64,000 nucleotides of DNA, from contig NIVC01000016.1 of assembly GCA_002269645.1 (NCBI GenBank), positions 806,001 through 870,000 of the forward strand. The letters run 5' to 3'. Below are positions 53,301 through 64,000 of this stretch, piece by piece. This stretch comes from Macrostomum lignano (Eukaryota). How positions within the stretch are numbered: the stretch's first letter is position 1; every line of letters starts with the position of its first letter. Below the pieces are notes generated by a model that did no database searches, had not been told where the DNA came from, and saw nothing but the letters and a program-made list of their open reading frames with translations. Made by a program: the position numbers and the translations under genes.

Positions 53301-56300
53301 TCAATCAGTGACCAGTTGCAGCAATCAGTGACCAAAAACAGTAATCAGTGACCAGTTGCAGTAATCAGTGACCAGTTGCAGTAATCAGTGACCAGTTGCA
53401 GCAATCAGTGACCAGTTTCTGTAATCAGTGACGAGTTGCAGCAATCAGTGACCAGTTGCAGCAATCAGTGACCAGTTTCTGTAATCAGTGACCAGTTGCT
53501 GTAATCAGTGACGAGTTGCAGCAATCAGTGACCAGTTGCAGCAATCAGTGATCAGTTGCAGTAATCAGTGACCAGTTGCAGTAATCAGTGACCAGTTGCA
53601 GTAATCAGTGACCAGTTGCAGCAATCAGTGACCAGTTTCTGTAATCAGTGACGAGTTGCTGTAATCAGTGACCAGTTGCAGTAATCAGTGACCAGTTGCA
53701 GCAATCAGTGACCAGTTGCAGCAATCAGTGACCAGTTGCAGCAATCAGTGACCAGTTGCAGTAATCAGTGACCAGTTTCTGTAATCAGTGACCAGTTGCT
53801 GTAATCAGTGACGAGTTGCTGTAATCAGTGACCAGTTGCAGTAATCAGTGACCAGTTGCAGCAATCAGTGACCAGTTGCAGCAATCAGTGACCAGTTGCA
53901 GCAATCAGTGACCAGTTTCTGTAATCAGTGACGAGTTGCAGCAATCAGTGACCAGTTGCAGTAATCAGTGACCAGTTGCAGTAATCAGTGACCAGTTGCA
54001 GTAATCAGTGACCAGTTGCAGCAATCAGTGACCAGTTTCTGTAATCAGTGACGAGTTGCAGCAATCAGTGACCAGTTTGCAGCAATCAGTGACCAGTTTC
54101 TGTAATCAGTGACCAGTTGCTGTAATCAGTGACGAGTTGCAGCAATCAGTGACCAGTTGCAGCAATCAGTGATCAGTTGCAGTAATCAGTGACCAGTTGC
54201 AGTAATCAGTGACCAGTTGCAGTAATCAGTGACCAGTTGCAGCAATCAGTGACCAGTTTCTGTAATCAGTGACGAGTTGCTGTAATCAGTGACCAGTTGC
54301 AGTAATCAGTGACCAGTTGCAGCAATCAGTGACCAGTTGCAGCAATCAGTGACCAGTTGCAGCAATCAGTGACCAGTTGCAGTAATCAGTGACCAGTTTC
54401 TGTAATCAGTGACCAGTTGCTGTAATCAGTGACGAGTTGCTGTAATCAGTGACCAGTTGCAGTAATCAGTGACCAGTTGCAGCAATCAGTGACCAGTTGC
54501 AGCAATCAGTGACCAGTTGCAGCAATCAGTGACCAGTTTCTGTAATCAGTGACGAGTTGCAGCAATCAGTGACCAGTTGCATCAATCAGTGACCAGTTGC
54601 AGTAATCAGTGACCAGTTGCAGTAATCAGTGACCAGTTGCAGTAATCAGTGACCAGTTGCAGCAATCAGTGACCAGTTGCAGTAATCAGTGACCAGTTGC
54701 AGTAATCAGTGACCAGTTGCAGTAATCAGTGACCAGTTGCAGTAATCAGTGACCAGTTGCTGTAATCAGTGACCAGTTGCTGTAATCAGTGACCAGTTGC
54801 AATCAGTGACAGTTGCATCAGTGACCAGTTTCTGTAATCAGTGACGAGTTGCAGCAATCAGTGACCAGTTGCAGCAATCAGTGACCAGTTTCTGTAATCA
54901 GTGACCAGTTGCTGTAATCAGTGACGAGTTGCAGCAATCAGTGACCAGTTGCAGCAATCAGTGACCAGTTGCAGCAATCAGTGACCAGTTGCTGTAATCA
55001 GTTACCAGTTGCTGTAATCAGTTACCAGTTGCTGTAATCAGTGACCAGTTGCAGTAATCAGTTACCAGTTGCTGTAATCAGTGACCAGTTGCTGTAATCA
55101 GTGACCAGTTGCTGTAATCAGTGACCAGTTGCAGTAATCAGTGACGAGTTGCAGCAATCAGGGACCAGTTTCTGTAATCAATGACGAGTTGCAGCAATCA
55201 GTGACGAGTTGCAGCAATCAGTGACCAGTTGCATCAATCAGTGACCAGTTGCAGTAATCAGTGACCAGTTGCAGCAATCAGTGACCAGTTGCAGCAATCA
55301 GTGACCAGTTTCTGTAATCAGTGACGAGTTGCAGCAATCAGTGACCAGTTGCATCAATCAGTGACCAGTTGCAGTAATCAGTGACCAAAAACAGTAATCA
55401 GTGACCAGTTGCAGTAATCAGTGACCAGTTGCAGCAATCAGTGACCAGTTGCAGTAGTCAGTGACCAGTTGCAGTAATAAGTGACCAGTTGCAGTAATCA
55501 GTTACCAGTTGCTGTAATCAGTGACCAGTTGCTGTAATCAGTGACCAGTTGCTGTAATCAGTGACCAGTTGCAGTAATCAGTGACCAAAAACAGTAATCA
55601 GTGACCAGTTGCAGTAATCAGTGACCAGTTGCAGCAATCAGTGACCAGTTGCAGCAATCAGTTACCAGTTGCTGTAATCAGTGACCAGTTGCAGTAATCA
55701 GTGACCAGTTTCTGTAATCAGTGACGAGTTGCAGCAATCAGTGACCAGTTGCATCAATCAGTGACCAGTTGCAGCAATCAGTGACCAAAAACAGTAATCA
55801 GTGACCAGTTGCAGTAATCAGTGACCAGTTGCAGTAATCAGTGACCAGTTGCAGCAATCAGTGACCAGTTTCTGTAATCAGTGACGAGTTGCAGCAATCA
55901 GTGACCAGTTGCAGCAATCAGTGACCAGTTGCATCAATCAGTGACCAGTTGCAGTAATCAGTGACCAGTTGCAGCAATCAGTGACGAGTTGCAGCAATCA
56001 GTGACCAGTTTCTGTAATCAGTGACCAGTTGCAGCAATCAGTGACGAGTTGCAGCAATCAGTGACCAGTTGCAGCAATCAGTGACCAGTTTCTGTAATCA
56101 GTGACGAGTTGCTGTAATCAGTGACCAGTTGCAGTAATCAGTGACCAGTTGCAGCAATCAGTGACCAGTTGCAGCAATCAGTGACCAGTTGCAGCAATCA
56201 GTGACCAGTTGCAGTAATCAGTGACCAGTTTCTGTAATCAGTGACCAGTTGCTGTAATCAGTGACGAGTTGCTGTAATCAGTGACCAGTTGCAGTAATCA

Positions 56301-59300
56301 GTGACCAGTTGCAGCAATCAGTGACCAGTTGCAGCAATCAGTGACCAGTTGCAGCAATCAGTGACCAGTTTCTGTAATCAGTGACGAGTTGCAGCAATCA
56401 GTGACCAGTTGCAGTAATCAGTGACCAGTTGCAGTAATCAGTGACCAGTTGCAGTAATCAGTGACCAGTTGCAGCAATCAGTGACCAGTTTCTGTAATCA
56501 GTGACGAGTTGCAGCAATCAGTGACCAGTTGCAGCAATCAGTGACCAGTTTCTGTAATCAGTGACCAGTTGCTGTAATCAGTGACGAGTTGCAGCAATCA
56601 GTGACCAGTTGCAGCAATCAGTGATCAGTTGCAGTAATCAGTGACCAGTTGCAGTAATCAGTGACCAGTTGCAGTAATCAGTGACCAGTTGCAGCAATCA
56701 GTGACCAGTTTCTGTAATCAGTGACGAGTTGCTGTAATCAGTGACCAGTTGCAGTAATCAGTGACCAGTTGCAGCAATCAGTGACCAGTTGCAGCAATCA
56801 GTGACCAGTTGCAGCAATCAGTGACCAGTTGCAGTAATCAGTGACCAGTTTCTGTAATCAGTGACCAGTTGCTGTAATCAGTGACGAGTTGCTGTAATCA
56901 GTGACCAGTTGCAGTAATCAGTGACCAGTTGCAGCAATCAGTGACCAGTTGCAGCAATCAGTGACCAGTTGCAGCAATCAGTGACCAGTTTCTGTAATCA
57001 GTGACGAGTTGCAGCAATCAGTGACCAGTTGCATCAATCAGTGACCAGTTGCAGTAATCAGTGACCAGTTGCAGTAATAAGTGACCAGTTGCAGTAATCA
57101 GTGACCAGTTGCAGCAATCAGTGACCAGTTGCAGTAGTCAGTGACCAGTTGCAGTAATAAGTGACCAGTTGCAGTAATCAGTGACCAGTTGCAGTAATCA
57201 GTGACCAGTTGCTGTAATCAGTGACCAGTTGCTGTAATCAGTGACCAGTTGCAGCAATCAGGGACCAGTTTCTGTAATCAGTGACGAGTTGCAGCAATCA
57301 GTGACCAGTTGCAGCAATCAGTGACCAGTTTCTGTAATCAGTGACCAGTTGCTGTAATCAGTGACGAGTTGCAGCAATCAGTGACCAGTTGCAGCAATCA
57401 GTGATCAGTTGCAGTAATCAGTGACCAGTTGCAGTAATCAGTGACCAGTTGCAGTAATCAGTGACCAGTTGCAGCAATCAGTGACCAGTTTCTGTAATCA
57501 GTGACGAGTTGCTGTAATCAGTGACCAGTTGCAGTAATCAGTGACCAGTTGCAGCAATCAGTGACCAGTTGCAGCAATCAGTGACCAGTTGCAGCAATCA
57601 GTGACCAGTTGCAGTAATCAGTGACCAGTTTCTGTAATCAGTGACCAGTTGCTGTAATCAGTGACGAGTTGCTGTAATCAGTGACCAGTTGCAGTAATCA
57701 GTGACCAGTTGCAGCAATCAGTGACCAGTTGCAGCAATCAGTGACCAGTTGCAGCAATCAGTGACCAGTTTCTGTAATCAGTGACGAGTTGCAGCAATCA
57801 GTGACCAGTTGCATCAATCAGTGACCAGTTGCAGTAATCAGTGACCAAAAACAGTAATCAGTGACCAGTTGCAGTAATCAGTGACCAGTTGCAGCAATCA
57901 GTGACCAGTTGCAGTAGTCAGTGACCAGTTGCAGTAATAAGTGACCAGTTGCAGTAATAAGTGACCAGTTGCAGTAATCAGTTACCAGTTGCTGTAATCA
58001 GTGACCAGTTGCTGCAAACAGTGACCAGTTGCAGTAATCAGTTACCAGTTGCTGTAATCAGTGACCAGTTGCTGTAATCAGTTACCAGTTGCTGTAATCA
58101 GTTACCAGTTGCTGTAATCAGTGACCAGTTGCAGTAATCAGTTACCAGTTGCTGTAATCAGTGACCAGTTGCTGTAATCAGTGACCAGTTGCTGTAATCA
58201 GTGACCAGTTGCAGTAATCAGTGACGAGTTGCAGCAATCAGGGACCAGTTTCTGTAATCAATGACGAGTTGCAGCAATCAGTGACGAGTTGCAGCAATCA
58301 GTGACCAGTTGCATCAATCAGTGACCAGTTGCAGTAATCAGTGACCAGTTGCAGCAATCAGTGACCAGTTGCAGCAATCAGTGACCAGTTTCTGTAATCA
58401 GTGACGAGTTGCAGCAATCAGTGACCAGTTGCATCAATCAGTGACCAGTTGCAGTAATCAGTGACCAAAAACAGTAATCAGTGACCAGTTGCAGTAATCA
58501 GTGACCAGTTGCAGCAATCAGTGACCAGTTGCAGTAGTCAGTGACCAGTTGCAGTAATAAGTGACCCGTTGCAGTAATCAGTTACCAGTTGCTGTAATCA
58601 GTGACCAGTTGCTGTAATCAGTGACCAGTTGCTGTAATCAGTGACCAGTTGCAGTAATCAGTGACCAAAAACAGTAATCAGTGACCAGTTGCAGTAATCA
58701 GTGACCAGTTGCAGCAATCAGTGACCAGTTGCAGCAATCAGTTACCAGTTGCTGTAATCAGTGACCAGTTGCAGTAATCAGTGACCAGTTTCTGTAATCA
58801 GTGACGAGTTGCAGCAATCAGTGACCAGTTGCATCAATCAGTGACCAGTTGCAGCAATCAGTGACCAAAAACAGTAATCAGTGACCAGTTGCAGTAATCA
58901 GTGACCAGTTGCAGCAATCAGTGACCAGTTGCAGTAGTCAGTGACCAGTTGCAGTAATAAGTGACCAGTTGCAGTAATCAGTGACCAGTTGCAGTAATCA
59001 GTTACCAGTTGCTGTAATCAGTGACCAGTTGCTGTAATCAGTGACCAGTTGCAGTAATCAGTTACCAGTTGCTGTAATCAGTGACCAGTTGCTGTAATCA
59101 GTGACCAGTTGCTGTAATCAGTGACCAGTTGCTGTAATCAGTGACCAAAAACAGTAATCAGTGACCAGTTGCAGTAATCAGTGACCAGTTGCTGTAATCA
59201 GTGACCAGTTGCAGTAATCAGTGACCAAAAACAGTAATCAGTGACCAGTTGCAGTAATCAGTGACCAGTTGCAGCAATCAGTGACCAGTTGCAGTAATCA

Positions 59301-62300
59301 GTGACCGGTTGCAGCAATCAGTGACCAGTTGCAGTAGTCAGTGACCAGTTGCAGTAGTCAGTGACCAGTTGCAGTAGTCAGTGACCAGTTGCAGTAATCA
59401 GTGACCAGTTGCAGCAATCAGTTACCAGTTGCTGTAATCAGTGACCAGTTGCAGTAATCAGTGACGAGTTGCTGTAATCAGTGACCAGTTGCAGTAATCA
59501 GTGACCAGTTGCTGTAATCAGTGACCAGTTGCAGTAATCAGTGACGAGTTGCAGCAATCAGGGACCAGTTTCTGTAATCAGTGACGAGTTGCAGCAATCA
59601 GTGACCAGTTTCTGTAATCAGTGACCAGTTGCTGTAATCAGTGACGAGTTGCTGTAATCAGTGACCAGTTGCAGTAATCAGTGACCAGTTGTAATCAGTG
59701 ACAGTTGCAGCAATCAGTGACCAGTTGCAGCAATCAGTGACCAGTTTCTGTAATCAGTGACGAGTTGCAGCAATCAGTGACCAGTTGCATCAATCAGTGA
59801 CCAGTTGCAGTAATCAGTGACCAGTTGCAGCAATCAGTGACGAGTTGCAGCAATCAGTGACCAGTTTCTGTAATCAGTGACCAGTTGCAGCAATCAGTGA
59901 CGAGTTGCAGCAATCAGTGACCAGTTGCAGTAATCAGTGACCAGTTGCAGTAATCAGTGACCAGTTGCAGCAATCAGTGACCAGTTGCAGTAATCAGTGA
60001 CCAGTTTCTGTAATCAGTGACCAGTTGCAGCAATCAGTGACCAGTTGCAGCAATCAGTGACCAGTTTCTGTAATCAGTGACCAGTTGCTGTAATCAGTGA
60101 CGAGTTGCTGTAATCAGTGACCAGTTGCAGTAATCAGTGACCAGTTGCAGCAATCAGTGACCAGTTGCAGCAATCAGTGACCAGTTTCTTTCTGTAATCA
60201 GTGACGAGTTGCAGCAATCAGTGACCAGTTGCATCAATCAGTGACCAGTTGCAGTAATCAGTGACCAGTTGCAGCAATCAGTGACCAGTTGCAGCAATCA
60301 GGGACCAGTTTCTGTAATCAATGACGAGTTGCAGCAATCAGTGACGAGTTGCAGCAATCAGTGACCAGTTGCATCAATCAGTGACCAGTTGCAGTAATCA
60401 GTGACCAGTTGCAGCAATCAGTGACCAGTTGCAGCAATCAGTGACCAGTTTCTGCAATCAGTGACGAGTTGCAGCAATCAGTGACCAGTTGCATCAATCA
60501 GTGACCAGTTGCAGTAATCAGTGACCAAAAACAGTAATCAGTGACCAGTTGCAGTAATCAGTGACCAGTTGCAGCAATCAGTGACCAGTTGCAGTAATCA
60601 GTGACCAGTTGCAGTAATAGTGACCAGTTGCAGTAATCAGTGACCAGTTGCAGTAATCAGTGACCAGTTGCTGTAATCAGTGACCAGTTGCAGCAATCAG
60701 TGACCAGTTGCTGTAATCAGTGACCAGTTGCTGTAATCAGTGACCAGTTGCTGTAATCAGTGACCAGTTGCTGTAATCAGTGACCAGTTGCTGTAATCAG
60801 TGACCAGTTGCAGTAATCAGTGACCAGTTGCAGTAATCAGTGACCAGTTGCTGTAATCAGTGACCAGTTGCAGTAATCAGTGACCAGTTGCAAATCAGTG
60901 ACCAGTTGCAGTAATCAGTGACCAGTTGCAGCAATCAGTGACCAGTTGCAGCAATCAGTGACCAGTTGCTGTAATCAGTGACCAGTTGCAGTAATCAGTG
61001 ACGAGTTGCAGCAATCAGTGACCAGTTGCAGTAATCAGTGACCAGTTGCAGCAATCAGTGACCAGTTGCAGCAATCAGTGACCAGTTTCTGTAATCAGTG
61101 ACCAGTTGCAGCAATCAGTGACGAGTTGCTGTAATCAGTGACCAGTTGCAGTAATCAGTGACCAGTTGCAGCAATCAGTGACCAGTTGCTGTAATCAGTG
61201 ACCAGTTGCAGTAATCAGTGACGAGTTGCAGCAATCAGGGACCAGTTTCTGTAATCAGTGACGAGTTGCAGCAATCAGTGACCAGTTGCAGCAATCAGTG
61301 ACCAGTTTCTGTAATCAGTGACCAGTTGCTGTAATCAGTGACGAGTTGCTGTAATCAGTGACCAGTTGCAGTAATCAGTGACCAGTTGCAGCAATCAGTG
61401 ACCAGTTGCAGCAATCAGTGACCAGTTTCTGTAATCAGTGACGAGTTGCAGCAATCAGTGACCAGTTGCATCAATCAGTGACCAGTTGCAGTAATCAGTG
61501 ACCAGTTGCAGCAATCAGTGACGAGTTGCAGCAATCAGTGACCAGTTTCAGTCAGTGACCAGTTTCTGTAATCAGTGACGAGTTGCAGCAATCAGTGACC
61601 AGTTGCAGCAATCAGTGACCAGTTGCAGTAATCAGTGACCAGTTGCAGTAATCAGTGACCAGTTGCAGCAATCAGTGACCAGTTTCTGTAATCAGTGACG
61701 AGTTGCAGCAATCAGTGACCAGTTGCAGCAATCAGTGACCAGTTTCTGTAATCAGTGACCAGTTGCTGTAATCAGTGACGAGTTGCTGTAATCAGTGACC
61801 AGTTGCAGTAATCAGTGACCAGTTGCAGCAATCAGTGACCAGTTGCAGCAATCAGTGACCAGTTTCTGTAATCAGTGACGAGTTGCAGCAATCAGTGACC
61901 AGTTGCAGCAATCAGTGACCAGTTGCAGTAATCAGTGACCAGTTGCAGTAATCAGTGACCAGTTGCAGCAATCAGTGACCAGTTGCAGCAATCAGTGACC
62001 AGTTTCTGTAATCAGTGACGAGTTGCAGCAATCAGTGACCAGTTGCATCAATCAGTGACCAGTTGCAGTAATCAGTGACCAGTTGCAGTAATCAGTGACC
62101 AGTTGCAGCAATCAGTGACCAGTTGCAGCAATCAGTGACCAGTTGCAGTAATCAGTGACCAGTTGCATCAATCAGTGACCAGTTGCAGTAATCAGTGACC
62201 AGTTGCAGTAATCAGTGACCAGTTGCAGTAATCAGTGACCAGTTGCAGCAATCAGTGACCAGTTGCAGCAATCAGTGACCAGTTGCAGTAATCAGTGACC

Positions 62301-64000
62301 AGTTGCAGTAATCAGTGACCAGTTGCAGTAATCAGTTACCAGTTGCTGTAATCAGTGACCAGTTGCAGTAATCAGTGACCAGTTGCAGCAATCAGTGACC
62401 AGTTGCAGCAATCAGTGACCAGTTTCTGTAATCAGTGACCAGTTGCAGCAATCAGTGACCAGTTGCAGCAATCAGTGACCAGTTGCAGTAATCAGTGACC
62501 AGTTGCAGTAATCAGTGACCAGTTGCAGCAATCAGTGACCAGTTGCAGTAATCAGTTACCAGTTGCTGTAATCAGTGACGAGTTGCAGCAATCAGTGACC
62601 AGTTGCAGTAATCAGTGACCAGTTGCAGTAATCAGTGACCAGTTGCAGCAGTAATCAGTGACCAGTTGCAGTAATCAGTGACCAGTTGCTGTAATCAGTG
62701 ACCAGTTGCAGTAATCAGTGACCAGTTGCAGTAATCAGTGACCAGTTGCAGTAATCAGTGACCAGTTGCAGTAATCAGTGACCAGTTGCAGTAATCAGTG
62801 ACCAGTTGCAGCAATCAGTGACCAGTTGCAGTAATCAGTGACCAGTTGCAGTGTAATCAGTGACCAGTTGCAGTAATCAGTGACCAGTTGCTGTAATCAG
62901 TGACCAGTTGCTGTAATCAGTGACCAGTTGCAGTAATCAGTTACCAGTTGCTGTAATCAGTGACCAGTTGCAGTAATCAGTGACCAGTTGCTGTAATCAG
63001 TGACCAGTTGCAGTAATCAGTGACCAAAAACAGTAATCAGTGACCAGTTGCAGTAATCAGTGACCAGTTGCAGCAATCAGTGACCAGTTGCAGTAATCAG
63101 TGACCGGTTGCAGCAATCAGTGACCAGTTGCAGTAATCAGTGACCAGTTGCAGTAATCAGTGACCAGTTGCAGTAATCAGTGACCAGTTGCAGCAATCAG
63201 TGACCAGTTGCAGTAATCAGTGACCAGTTGCAGTAATCAGTGACCAGTTGCAGTAATCAGTGACCAGTTGCAGCAATCAGTGACCAGTTGCTGTAATCAG
63301 TGACCAGTTGCAGTAATCAGTGACCAGTTGCAGCAATCAGGGACCAGTTGCTGTAATCAGTGACCATTTGTAGCAATCAGAGACCAGTTGCAGTAATCAG
63401 TGACCAGTTGCAGCAATCAGTGACCAGTTGCAGTAATCAGTGACCAGTTGCAGTAATCAGTGACCAGTTGCAGCAATCAGTGACCAGTTGCAGCAATCAG
63501 TGACCAGTTGCAGCAATCAGTGACCAGTTGCAGTAATCAGTGACCAGTTGCAGTAATCAGTGACCAGTTGCAGCAATCAGTGACCAGTTGCTGTAATCAG
63601 TGACCAGTTGCAAATCAGTGACCAGTTGCAGTAATCAGTGACTAGTTGCTGTAATCAGTGACCAGTTGCAGCAGCAAGTGACCAGTTGCAGCAAGTGACC
63701 AGTTGCTGTAATCAGTGACTAGTTACTGTAATCAGTGACCAGTTGCAGCAGTCAGTGACCAGTTGAAGTAATCAGTGACCAGTTGCAGTAATCAGTGACC
63801 AGTTGCTGTAATCAGTGACCAGTTGCAGTAATCAGTTACCAGTTGCTGTAATCAGTGACCAGTTGCAGTAATCAGTGACCAGTTGCAACAGCAAGTGACC
63901 AGTTGCAGTAATCAGTGACTAGTTGCTGTAATCAGTGACCAGTTGCAGCAGCAAGTGACCAGTTGCAGCAAGTGACCAGTTGCTGTAATCAGTGACTAGT
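50395..64000. repeat. Large 20-bp satellite (GTAATCAGTGACCAGTTGCA)n, about 680 units, running off the window
   Basis: Directly visible; a limited set of variant monomers recurs in order. Confidence 0.99.

Noticed and set aside
50395-64000. Regular short repeats resembling a CRISPR array
   Set aside because: Head-to-tail monomers with no unique spacers, no cas genes and a eukaryotic context. The same applies to all other arrays here.

Overview
Animal genomic DNA: GC-rich exons in AT-rich, very satellite-rich sequence, with canonical GT-AG introns. The style fits a flatworm such as Macrostomum, but the species is an inference. All coordinates were counted by hand. Supported genes: a complete 7-exon CFAP36/CCDC104 orthologue (minus, 4676-1532, ~383 aa); a complete 2-exon Bsx homeobox gene (minus, 9371-5888, ~237 aa); an orphan two-TM protein exon (minus, 22928-22311); and a phase 1-1 immunoglobulin-domain exon present twice in a ~2.2 kb tandem duplication (44847-45197, 47074-47424). 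A further candidate Ser-Pro-rich (CTD-like) exon is absent from the ORF track (minus, ~41023-40224). Mobile elements: a truncated, rearranged non-LTR RT, a 698-bp foldback MITE with a perfect 8-bp TSD, and two hAT/Charlie-like MITE copies carrying (GGAGA)n. About 20 micro/minisatellites are present, and the last 13.6 kb is a 20-bp satellite with higher-order structure. A recurring theme is tandem repeats lying in or supplying splice sites and candidate TF sites. Most ORF-track entries are repeat artefacts. No rRNA, tRNA or CRISPR array is supported.
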